Positions 38,597 through 47,281 of a DNA stretch of 64,000 nt are shown here, in pieces. The position numbers and the translations under genes were made by a program. A model generated the notes under the pieces. It was not told the origin of the DNA and searched no databases. It saw only the letters and a program-made list of their open reading frames with translations. The stretch comes from a virus. The stretch lies in the IMG/VR virus record IMGVR_UViG_3300035180_001452, positions 58,381 through 122,380 of that record, one strand, 5' to 3'. The first letter of the stretch is position 1. Every line of letters begins with the position of its first letter.

Positions 38597-40480
38597 ATGA
38601 CCGAGGAGCTTAACGGTAAACTCGAGTTGGGGCAGGTCTTCCCGTTCCTTGAAGAGAACGGGATCAGCATTCGTCCCGTACAGGATGTTGCCCCGGGCGA
38701 CATCCTGGTGGATTTCAGGGGAGTAACTTTCCCCATCCCCGTCCCTCAGGTTAGACCCCTCGGAGATTTTACATTCTCCGAGGTAGTCTGGACGGGTTCC
38801 CCCAGGAATGATAGCAATGGGAACCTAGTCCAGACCAGGCGAATATTCCACCCGGTCTTGCGGAATACAAATATCCACAAGATTGCGGGTGGTATTAGCA
38901 CTGCCCGCGAAGTTCTTGAGTCCGGGAGGTGGTACGTCTCGGGCTTTTGGAACTTTTACACCGAGGCACTCATGTTTGCCGCTACCAAGGCGGCAACCAT
39001 GCGCTACTTGACTGAGGCATACGCAGCCTCCTTGTTCTATAAGGAGGTTTCTGCTTTCCTCGGCAAGCTCCCGGTTGTGAAGTCCGATCTTCACCTCCTA
39101 TCCCACTCCAGGGTGTGGGAGATGGGATATCCGGGGAAGGACTTTGTGGGAACCTTCCCAGAGATTCCTTCTGCTCTATTAGCAGAAGTCAAGAGAGTCT
39201 TTCACGAGAAGGCTTTGGAGGTCGGATGCGATATCACCTTTACCGGGAAGAGTCATCCCGGTAGGAGGGTGATGTATGCACCGGCTGGCGTCTCTCCAAC
39301 GGCAGCCCAGCTGTGGAGCTGGCCCAACTTCGGTGCTCAGGCGAGGGCACCAAGGGAGATGCTATCCGCGCTCGCTAATGCCGAGGAGTTTGGCAACGAT
39401 CGCCACTCTACTCCTCGCGTGACGAGTGAGAAGAACCGGGTGGACTTTTCCCGGTTCATCAAGCACGTCAATGTCGCACTTATGGACCTTGACGAGATCG
39501 TCCCGGTAAAGAACGGTCGTACATTTAACGCGGATCAAGTCCTTGGAACCGGATGGTCCCATATCGATGGAACTTTCGATACCATCTCCGAGAAGCAGAT
39601 GGTAGTTCCATTCGCAGATGGAGACACCGGAGATTCCATCCGTGAGAAGTACTCATACCTCGGTAAGCTCAACGTTACTCTTAACGTTGAGCCTGAAGGG
39701 ATGTTCTCTGCACTCAGCTGGAACATCTCCTACGAGGAGCACGAACCCAGCAGAATGCTTTGGAAGGCCATGACCCCGGAGGCAGTAAAGGGGATGGTGC
39801 TTCCTGAGCGGCTCCTTCTTCTTGAGCAGCGCCCAGGTGAGGACTTCCTGCGTCCGATCTACCTGGTCATCTCCGCATCTTCTGTCAAGAAGAAGGACGC
39901 GGGACGGATGGTACTTCGGATGCTAGCTTCCCGCCTTCCGGAACCCTACCAGGCCGATACCTCTACCCCACGGGAGGAGTTCGGAAATATCCTCTCCGAC
40001 ATCCGCAACAAGCTTGCTAACACCGGAGATAATGGGTACAGCCGGATCTTTCGATTCCGGCCATCTGTCCCGACCAAGGGTAGCTCCGCTCTTAAAGAGG
40101 TCTTGCTCTCACTAACCTCGGTGAGAGTACTTGGCTTTACTGAGGAGGATGGCCACATTGTGCCAATCCCTGAGGATCAGGTAGGTACCCTTCATGGTGA
40201 CCTTCTCCCAGTGGTGCAGAGTGGAGAGGAATCCCCAGTGGAGACGGTAGTGGGCGAAGTGCCCATCATGCGGATGCCTGAGGACGAGGACTTTGGAGAC
40301 GAGATCAGAACTCCGAAGCGCGGTAATGGCATCCGAGTGGATCCCTTCATGGTAATGGGCAAGCCAGGTCTCGACTGGCCCGTGGACGAGTCGGTGAAGA
40401 CCCGCCTCAACTTCGCGGTACAGCTGTACCGCGCCCTCGCAAAGTCCAATAGCACAGATGATCCCCAAGTCGAAGAGTGA
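38597..40480 (+). CDS. Divergent two-barrel RNA polymerase, beta-like subunit
   Basis: VNVALM...FNADQVL, WKAMTPEAVKGMV (K-x7-K, 39764-39790) and RPIYLVISASSV parallel RpoB NMRVAFM..YNFEDSIL, DKMAGRHGNKGVI and TPVDIVLNPLGV. Confidence 0.6.
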   Translation: MTEELNGKLELGQVFPFLEENGISIRPVQDVAPGDILVDFRGVTFPIPVPQVRPLGDFTFSEVVWTGSPRNDSNGNLVQTRRIFHPVLRNTNIHKIAGGISTAREVLESGRWYVSGFWNFYTEALMFAATKAATMRYLTEAYAASLFYKEVSAFLGKLPVVKSDLHLLSHSRVWEMGYPGKDFVGTFPEIPSALLAEVKRVFHEKALEVGCDITFTGKSHPGRRVMYAPAGVSPTAAQLWSWPNFGAQARAPREMLSALANAEEFGNDRHSTPRVTSEKNRVDFSRFIKHVNVALMDLDEIVPVKNGRTFNADQVLGTGWSHIDGTFDTISEKQMVVPFADGDTGDSIREKYSYLGKLNVTLNVEPEGMFSALSWNISYEEHEPSRMLWKAMTPEAVKGMVLPERLLLLEQRPGEDFLRPIYLVISASSVKKKDAGRMVLRMLASRLPEPYQADTSTPREEFGNILSDIRNKLANTGDNGYSRIFRFRPSVPTKGSSALKEVLLSLTSVRVLGFTEEDGHIVPIPEDQVGTLHGDLLPVVQSGEESPVETVVGEVPIMRMPEDEDFGDEIRTPKRGNGIRVDPFMVMGKPGLDWPVDESVKTRLNFAVQLYRALAKSNSTDDPQVEE

Positions 40481-40516
40481 TCTCCACTAAGACGTAAACC
40501 CAGGAAATCGTGGCAA

Positions 40517-40552
40517 GAGGGGGAGGCTACACTCCCCCTCCTCCCCTTTTTT
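40517..40552 (+). terminator. Intrinsic terminator closing the GC-rich island
   Basis: gaggggggag/ctcccccctc-type stem followed by a T-run. Confidence 0.6.
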
Positions 40553-40660
40553 GACGCCTTCGCTTAAGGTGCTGGTACTAATCTGTGGCTCCAATTAAGT
40601 ATGATAAAGAGTCTCTGTTTACAAGATCCGTTTCTGAACAAATCTTTTTAGGAGAGAACA

Positions 40661-41350
40661 ATGAAGTGCGAAGAAGCTTGGAACACATGTCCTGTAGAAA
40701 TTTCTAACACTGCTCTTCGTATTGCCAGAGTTTATGGACATTTGTGGGCTAACTGTTCGGTAGTACCACAGGGTGATGAGTTTTGGAAGCCTGGAGACAA
40801 ACGTCCGACCATTAGAGATATTTGGGAAGCCTCTTCTAATATCTCTGGAGAAGGTTTGATTAGACAGCCAGATGTTAAGGTTACTGAGGAGTATTATCTT
40901 GTAAACTATATGTACTCAGTAAGTGAAATGGAAGGTAATCCGGAACTAAAGTTTACGGTATCACTTGATAACTACTTTAACTGTAAAGATAATAGTATGG
41001 ACCTTGGTGTTATCATTACCCGTAATAAAAAAGAGGATGTAGCTTGTTGCTATATGGAGGTTGGTAAGATTGATGCATATGCAGATCCTTCTGCATGGAG
41101 CAGCAAGCATGTTAGAGAATGGAATAAAGCTTGGAAAGCTCTAGGTAGAGAAGCTCCTAAGTTTCCAGGAGAACTTAGAGAGCGTGTTGTCAAACTAGAA
41201 CCTAATCATGCTGCTATTGATGATGTTAGGTTTGCTACCGTAATAATTTCTCCTAACACTCTGATTAGTTCACAAGAACTAATCAAACTTTCTGAGGCAG
41301 ATAGCGTATCTGTTCTCTCTGAAGATGGCTCAATCCATAGTATTATCTGA
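40661..41350 (+). CDS. Expanded family P, diverged copy 3
   Basis: EEAWNTCP...ALRIARVYGH.W...WNKAWKALG..APKFP. Confidence 0.75.
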   Translation: MKCEEAWNTCPVEISNTALRIARVYGHLWANCSVVPQGDEFWKPGDKRPTIRDIWEASSNISGEGLIRQPDVKVTEEYYLVNYMYSVSEMEGNPELKFTVSLDNYFNCKDNSMDLGVIITRNKKEDVACCYMEVGKIDAYADPSAWSSKHVREWNKAWKALGREAPKFPGELRERVVKLEPNHAAIDDVRFATVIISPNTLISSQELIKLSEADSVSVLSEDGSIHSII

Positions 41351-41411
41351 TCCTGTTTCAGGATTCAAACCCCCGGTAATAAACAATACCTAGGTAAAAA
41401 GGAGAAGAGCA

Positions 41412-41873
41412 GTGAGGTACATAGTTTCTGCAGGAGTTGCTCCTATTAAGAAGATTGCTAGTACTACCTACGAAGACATTACGGAAAAAGGTGAGAAAGA
41501 TCTAGCTGCTAGTCCGTCTGTTCTCAACGACCTTGATGTCATTAAGGCTACTCTTAAGTTTCCTGACGGGTCCTATGTTATCTGGGCAACTAATCTCCAC
41601 GAGCTAGAGAATATCGCCAATGATATTCTTAATAATAAGAACCTGGATCCTAGCCTTTGTTCTTTGCACATTATTTATGGACCTATTGGTTACTTTGGTC
41701 TTGATAATGATACAAGGGATTGGATTGTCTATAAAGTAGCTGCTAGACAGCCTTACTGGGAAGAATTCGATTCGGATGGTAAGTATGTAATCTCTTACCG
41801 GGAAGAACTCTCTTACGGAGAAAGCAGGAGAAGGATCAGAGAGACAGGAGAAGGATCAGAGGGAAAGGAGTAG
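41412..41873 (+). CDS. Hypothetical protein (paralogue of 41878)
   Basis: LDxIKATxKFPxGxYVxW and LDPxLCSL...TRDWI shared. Confidence 0.75.
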   Translation: MRYIVSAGVAPIKKIASTTYEDITEKGEKDLAASPSVLNDLDVIKATLKFPDGSYVIWATNLHELENIANDILNNKNLDPSLCSLHIIYGPIGYFGLDNDTRDWIVYKVAARQPYWEEFDSDGKYVISYREELSYGESRRRIRETGEGSEGKE

Positions 41874-41877
41874 GGAG

Positions 41878-42291
41878 ATGAAGTATAACGTTCCTACAAC
41901 AGTTCGTCCTGTCGAAGAAGATACTGGAATTACTTATCAGGATATCATAAAGAAAGCTTTTAAGAGAGGAGCACCTGAGCTATGTGTTCTTGACACCCTT
42001 GATATCATTAAGGCTACCTTTAAGTTTCCAGGAGGATGTTATGTTGTTTGGTCGGAAAATATCAATAACCTGGAAGACTTTATTGATGAACTAATCGATG
42101 ATAGAGATTTAGATCCTAACCTCTGCTCTCTAGATCTCGTTCGTGGTCCTCTCTGTCAGTTTGGACTCAATAAGAGTACAAGAGATTGGATTATCTATAG
42201 AGCAGCTATTGGTCAGCTTTACCTTGACGTGATTGACGATAGTTCCTTAGGACATTTCGTTGCTTTCAAAAAGAGAAAAGTAAGAGTTTGA
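41878..42291 (+). CDS. Hypothetical protein (paralogue of 41412)
   Basis: Same shared motifs as 41412. Confidence 0.75.
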   Translation: MKYNVPTTVRPVEEDTGITYQDIIKKAFKRGAPELCVLDTLDIIKATFKFPGGCYVVWSENINNLEDFIDELIDDRDLDPNLCSLDLVRGPLCQFGLNKSTRDWIIYRAAIGQLYLDVIDDSSLGHFVAFKKRKVRV

Positions 42292-42307
42292 CAAAGGAGA
42301 GATTAAT

Positions 42308-42811
42308 ATGGATGGATATGATCCGTGGGATACTTGCGTACCCATCATTAATAATTTTGCTTTAAGATTGGCAAAAGAGTTTGGAGATCCTTGGGTTAAG
42401 TCATCTGTAGTTCCTCCAAGATCTGAGGAATGGGATATGGAAGGTCCTGACTTTTGTGTTCCTACCCTTAAGGAGATTGAAGAAGGTATGCCAGAAGAGC
42501 TTCGAGGTGAAGATCTCAGGCTACCTAATGTTAAAAGATCCAAAGATGATAAAGATGTTCTAACCTATACTAACAAAACTGGGGAGGTTAAAGTAGAAGT
42601 TAGCTGTACAGCAGAAGCTGACTTCCATATCCTAGTTAGTGTTACATCTCCCGGTAAAATTGCAACTGGATTATACCATAAGGAAAATGTGTTTACTGAC
42701 GTTAAGGGTATTGACTGGGATCCTTCGTATGCATTCCTATGGTACAGGGTGTGGCATGCTCTACGTGTTTCAGGAGACATTCCAAGATTCCCTGGACCTA
42801 TCAGTGACTAG
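42308..42811 (+). CDS. Expanded family P, short copy 4
   Basis: WDTCVP..NFALRLAKEFG..W..S.VP...PTLKEIEEGMPE...VWHAL...PRFP. Confidence 0.7.
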   Translation: MDGYDPWDTCVPIINNFALRLAKEFGDPWVKSSVVPPRSEEWDMEGPDFCVPTLKEIEEGMPEELRGEDLRLPNVKRSKDDKDVLTYTNKTGEVKVEVSCTAEADFHILVSVTSPGKIATGLYHKENVFTDVKGIDWDPSYAFLWYRVWHALRVSGDIPRFPGPISD

Positions 42812-42829
42812 AGAAAGAGGAAAACTAGT

Positions 42830-43171
42830 ATGAATGATGAGCCTACGTTTGCTGACTATGTTGTAGCTACTGTTATCTCTACCACTGTAGCTATTCCTTT
42901 GCTATCAGTGCTTGTTTTGTTGTATACTGTAATAGCTTTCTTCCTGTGGAACTGGTTTGCTACATCAGTCTTTGGAGCACCAACGCTAACATTTGTACAG
43001 ACAATTCCTATTGGGATTGTTATCCAATATCTCATTGGATTTAGTAACAAGGATGATATTAACCACTCTAACGATAAAAGGCTACTTGTTTTTAAGCACA
43101 TGTACTTTGTGCTAATACGTCCATTTGTACTGTTGCTAATCTCCTATGTTGTCTACAGGCTTTTCTTCTAG
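42830..43171 (+). CDS. Small membrane protein
   Basis: Three hydrophobic segments; LWNWF...P.LT motif. Confidence 0.65.
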   Translation: MNDEPTFADYVVATVISTTVAIPLLSVLVLLYTVIAFFLWNWFATSVFGAPTLTFVQTIPIGIVIQYLIGFSNKDDINHSNDKRLLVFKHMYFVLIRPFVLLLISYVVYRLFF

Positions 43172-43188
43172 AAAAAACGAACAGGAGT

Positions 43189-43710
43189 ATGGTTATGAGT
43201 CCAGAAGAGATCTGGCAGAACTGTCCAGTAAACCTGAAAAATACTGCTCTGGCTATTGCCAGAGAGTACAACCACGGATGGGCACAGTCGTTGGCAGTAC
43301 CATCAGCTCCATACTTCTGGAAACATAATGACTCTATCCCATCCCTCGGAGAAATTGAGGAGGGTACTCCCGAAGGTCCCCTTGGTAAGGGGATCGTTGG
43401 ACCGAAGATCTCGTTTGAACATGACCGGTACATCCTTCGGCACGAGACTCGAACCGGTCGTACCTTTATCGAGGTATCAGTTGATCCAGAGGATGACACT
43501 GACCTTTTTTACGGGGTCATTGTTTCTAGGCCTAGTGGGGAAATCGCCTCAGGCACTAGGTTTGGAGACGGGTTGTTTACCAGCGCGGATTGGTCGGTAT
43601 GGGGGACTCGGCACGAGGACGCCTGGAAGAGGGCGTGGAAGGCTCTTGGAGTTTCACCTCCTGAGTTCCCTGCCAAGATCCTTGAGAAGGAGCTTGTTGT
43701 GGACGGGTAG
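43189..43710 (+). CDS. Expanded family P, C-terminally truncated copy 5
   Basis: Highly similar to 34787; ends at ELVVDG. Confidence 0.75.
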   Translation: MVMSPEEIWQNCPVNLKNTALAIAREYNHGWAQSLAVPSAPYFWKHNDSIPSLGEIEEGTPEGPLGKGIVGPKISFEHDRYILRHETRTGRTFIEVSVDPEDDTDLFYGVIVSRPSGEIASGTRFGDGLFTSADWSVWGTRHEDAWKRAWKALGVSPPEFPAKILEKELVVDG

Positions 43711-43760
43711 GGATTGAAATCGGTGAGAAGTATGATTTGACTATCAGTTAGATATGGAGG

Positions 43761-44465
43761 ATGGTTATGAGCCCTGAAGAGATCTGGCAAGCATGTCCAC
43801 TGGATTTAAAGAACGTAGCTTTGTCTATTGCTAGGGAATACGACCATGGATGGGGATTTTCTGAGGCAGTACCCCCGGCACTCTACTTCTGGGAGCTTGA
43901 TGAGGAAATCCCCTCTCTCAAGGAGATAGAAGAAAAGACCCCGGAAGGTCCCCTTGGCAAGGGGATTGTTGGGCCGAACATCTCATTTGATGGCAGCCAG
44001 TACATCCTTCAACATAGAACAGGAACTGGTAGAGTCTTTATCGAGGTGTTGGCTAATCCTGAGATTAGCCCTTGCTTTTCTTACAAAGTTGTTATTTCTA
44101 GGCCGAATGGTGACAATGCTGTTGGTATTCGGGATGGTCAGAGAGCTAAGGATGGTATACAGGTAACTGCAACTCAGTCAACATGGGGAGTAAGACACGA
44201 GAACGCCTGGAAAAAGGCGTGGAGAGCTATTGGCGTTCCCGCCCCTGAATTTCCTAGTAAACTACCTAACAATAAACTCATTGTAGAAGGTGATGGGCTT
44301 AAAGATGACCCACTGGATTGTAATGTGGTAATCCTACCTGGAGCTGTACTATCTACAGAAGACTTGATGCATCTTCAGGAGGCTACATCTGTAGAATTTC
44401 TTGATAAAGCAGGGCATACTTACTCTGTAAAGATAGAAAAAGTTTCAGATTGGCCAGTACTCTAA
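43761..44465 (+). CDS. Expanded family P, copy 6
   Basis: Full-length motif set. Confidence 0.8.
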   Translation: MVMSPEEIWQACPLDLKNVALSIAREYDHGWGFSEAVPPALYFWELDEEIPSLKEIEEKTPEGPLGKGIVGPNISFDGSQYILQHRTGTGRVFIEVLANPEISPCFSYKVVISRPNGDNAVGIRDGQRAKDGIQVTATQSTWGVRHENAWKKAWRAIGVPAPEFPSKLPNNKLIVEGDGLKDDPLDCNVVILPGAVLSTEDLMHLQEATSVEFLDKAGHTYSVKIEKVSDWPVL

Positions 44466-44506
44466 CTATTAGCTTTAAGAATGAGGATGTATAGAAGGAG
44501 CTAATA

Positions 44507-44734
44507 ATGGAAGACGATGGGCTTGGAAGTAATTCCCCGTACTGCAGGGTAGCAGTATTATCTGGAGGTGTACTCTTTGCTGAAAATCTTTTGAACTTAA
44601 GAAAAGATACTTCCATTGGGCTAGATAAGGATCTTTCTAGCTTAAGAAAAGCTGCTTTCATTGAGCTAGTTGATAGTACTGGTCAAAGTTATCAGCTACC
44701 TATTAGCTCTGGAGGTAAGACAGACCACTCCTAA
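44507..44734 (+). CDS. Stand-alone C-terminal domain of family P (fragment or pseudogene)
   Basis: P.YCRVAVL...VL..E.LL.LR...IELVD..GQSY.L.IS matches family P C-termini. Confidence 0.55.
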   Translation: MEDDGLGSNSPYCRVAVLSGGVLFAENLLNLRKDTSIGLDKDLSSLRKAAFIELVDSTGQSYQLPISSGGKTDHS

Positions 44735-44751
44735 GACATAGGAGGAAAACA

Positions 44752-45348
44752 TTGCTATCAGATTTGTTAACCATAGAAAAGTTTGAGAAGGCATGGAAAG
44801 AGTGCCCACTATTCTTAGCTAACATAGCTTTGTCCATTGCCTATACGTATAGTCCTGGATGGGAAAAGTCTACTGTATTACCTAAGGAATATGGTTTTTG
44901 GACACCTGATAGTGTACGTCCATCCATTGCAGAAATCATAGATAATACTCCAGATATCTTAGAAACTAGGAGGTTTGAGTACCCTGACATTTGTATGAAG
45001 GATGGATTCTTCCATCTTAGGTATCAGAATGTTCACGGTAGAATATACATAGACGTATTCAGGACCTATGCAGAGGTACGTGGAGCCTACATACATGCAT
45101 CTAGAGACCATGCAGACGTACGCAGTCCGTCTTATAGTAGCGAGTACTATCTACTAGCTGAATCTACTTTCAGTAAGAGTGATAGGACTCCTTACACTGC
45201 CATTCGTAATGGACTGCGCAACACTCCCGGTATCAAAGTAGTAGATAATCCTAATAAATCTATTCTACATTCTAGAAACCTTAGATCTCTAGTATCTAAG
45301 GCTGAGAATAGAGCGGATTTATTTCTACTCATCTCCTCTCCTTCCTAG
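44752..45348 (+). CDS. Family P-related protein, copy 7 (N-terminal half similar)
   Basis: EKAWKECP..LANIALSIA..Y..GW..S.VLP....FW......PSIAEI...TP. Confidence 0.65.
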   Translation: MLSDLLTIEKFEKAWKECPLFLANIALSIAYTYSPGWEKSTVLPKEYGFWTPDSVRPSIAEIIDNTPDILETRRFEYPDICMKDGFFHLRYQNVHGRIYIDVFRTYAEVRGAYIHASRDHADVRSPSYSSEYYLLAESTFSKSDRTPYTAIRNGLRNTPGIKVVDNPNKSILHSRNLRSLVSKAENRADLFLLISSPS

Positions 45349-45428
45349 AAAAGCGGGTGCTGACAGGGTGGCTCTACCCGCGGCCTACAATCTCATGACC
45401 CTGTCAGCATTAAATTTAAAAGGAGAAA

Positions 45429-46196
45429 GTGATGTACCTCTACAAGTTCACTGAACCGGAAAACATTAGGGTGCTGGGAGAAACAGCTACTAACGCTCCG
45501 GCTATTCTCATGCTGTCAGAAGAAAACCTGGAAAATATGGTAAGGGTACAGGCTAAGTTTAGGAGCAATCTCCTATTCTTTAGAACTATTACTCTTGCCA
45601 AAGTTTCCTCCCCGCTTTCCACGGCTCTTCTTAGGTTTGATACTGAGACTAAGCGCTTTAATTCTATTATCTGGGAGGCTAGTCTTGACATTGCACTAGC
45701 TAATGAGGTAGCTAACAGAGCACTAGAGCTTATCTCAGCCCATGGATTTAGTGATCCTAAGATCATTGATGCTGTGTATGCTGTGGGAGATGTGGCTATC
45801 TATGGGATGACAAGTAAGAAAAAGCTAGAGGAGTATAATACCTACATCTTTGATACTATTCTTGCTCAACAGAACATTAACATCTTTGTTGCTAAAGAGC
45901 TATATGCTATTTCTGGTGCAGTTAGAGCAGCTATTAGCATGCTTGATAAGAACTATAATCTGGTTGCTACCTTTGCTTCTCTTACCTGTGCTGCAGAAAT
46001 CTCTAAGGTAAAGTTCATGGAGGATCGTATTAGTAGTGGGCATAGTGTTAACAATACCGGGATAAATAGTCCTATGTCTACTGATCTCTTTGGTAGTAAG
46101 TCAGCGTCTGAGTATAATCTAGAGCAGTCAATATCGGCCATAGCTAACTTGCACAATAGATGTCTTCAGATGGTAGGGTGGGAAGAACCTGACTAG
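45429..46196 (+). CDS. Hypothetical protein
   Basis: 255-aa ORF with SD AAGGAG. Confidence 0.65.
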   Translation: MMYLYKFTEPENIRVLGETATNAPAILMLSEENLENMVRVQAKFRSNLLFFRTITLAKVSSPLSTALLRFDTETKRFNSIIWEASLDIALANEVANRALELISAHGFSDPKIIDAVYAVGDVAIYGMTSKKKLEEYNTYIFDTILAQQNINIFVAKELYAISGAVRAAISMLDKNYNLVATFASLTCAAEISKVKFMEDRISSGHSVNNTGINSPMSTDLFGSKSASEYNLEQSISAIANLHNRCLQMVGWEEPD

Positions 46197-46206
46197 GAGA
46201 TAAAAG

Positions 46207-46560
46207 ATGGGAAAAGTACAGGGTATCCATCATTGTAGAGACTGTGGCAGCTTGGATATTAGATATGGTCATAGATGGCACCCAGGTGCTGGTACCATGA
46301 TGGCCATTGTTAATATCTTTACGGCAAGGGTAGGCCTTAATCTTGGCACAGGTCTATGTGGTATGTTGGATTACCGGGATGAGTACTACTGTGCCAAGTG
46401 TGGAAGTACTGACCTTGCTCCTAAGGATGAGCCATATGATCCACACCATAAAGACGAAGATGGATGTGGATGTCTAGGCTGTCTTGCTATGTTGGTCTCG
46501 GCAGTCTTCGTATACATTTTGTTCGCCATGTTCATGCATTACATGTTGACTAACTTTTAG
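46207..46560 (+). CDS. Zn-ribbon membrane protein
   Basis: CRDCGS and CAKCGS pairs plus a C-terminal TM helix. Confidence 0.65.
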   Translation: MGKVQGIHHCRDCGSLDIRYGHRWHPGAGTMMAIVNIFTARVGLNLGTGLCGMLDYRDEYYCAKCGSTDLAPKDEPYDPHHKDEDGCGCLGCLAMLVSAVFVYILFAMFMHYMLTNF

Positions 46561-46583
46561 TAACTAATATTCCTGGAGGAATA

Positions 46584-47276
46584 GTGATGTACAAATTCTT
46601 TACTAGCCTACCTGATAGTAACATCATCAGTACTTCAGCTTCTAATAAGTTTTACTGGTTTACTGGGTTCGAAACCGTTTCTGACGCGATAATGGATGGG
46701 TCATCTGGTAGATTTCTTGTTAGTGCAAGAGATCTTTCAGGTAATCTAGCTATTGCCAAGCCTTACATTACTTCTAACTCTGTAGAGATAGAAAAAGTTT
46801 CTGACTGGCCGGCCAAAAATACAGCAAAGGTTGCTGTATTTTCTGCTGAAACTATTTTGAATAAAGTATTTCCTCTTGGTACTACAAGAATGCATGCATC
46901 AGGAGTTCCTATTGTAGAAGCCTTGTTGGAAAGTGCTGTCTCTGTCATTTCTGATTCTCATACTCAAGTAAACGTATCTATAATTGATGCAGCTGTTCGA
47001 CTCTCCTACTCTTCCATGGATGATAATGATTGGAAGATGTACTATCTGGTTAACACATCACGCTATGCACTTTCTGCCGCTCTGCACGCAGCGGGAATGT
47101 ATAAGGATCGTGATGATGTTAACATGGGCCTATGTGTTTTGGATGCAGCTAGAGCTATTAGAGCAGCTAAAGTTTGTGCTATGCATGAGGGATACAAAAG
47201 TCCACAGGAAGATATCGAGAACTATATTAACTCTTTAACTAATTGGAAAAAGTTTTCTGAGTTCCAGAAGGAATAA
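46584..47276 (+). CDS. Hypothetical protein
   Basis: 230-aa ORF with SD GGAGG. Confidence 0.65.
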   Translation: MMYKFFTSLPDSNIISTSASNKFYWFTGFETVSDAIMDGSSGRFLVSARDLSGNLAIAKPYITSNSVEIEKVSDWPAKNTAKVAVFSAETILNKVFPLGTTRMHASGVPIVEALLESAVSVISDSHTQVNVSIIDAAVRLSYSSMDDNDWKMYYLVNTSRYALSAALHAAGMYKDRDDVNMGLCVLDAARAIRAAKVCAMHEGYKSPQEDIENYINSLTNWKKFSEFQKE

Positions 47277-47281
47277 TAATC

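Noticed and set aside
37753-38736. 327-aa minus-strand ORF
   Set aside because: Antisense to the motif-bearing RNAP-like gene, with no recognisable motifs
34787-44465. Diversity-generating retroelement behind the paralogue families
   Set aside because: No reverse transcriptase in the window and the differences are not adenine-specific
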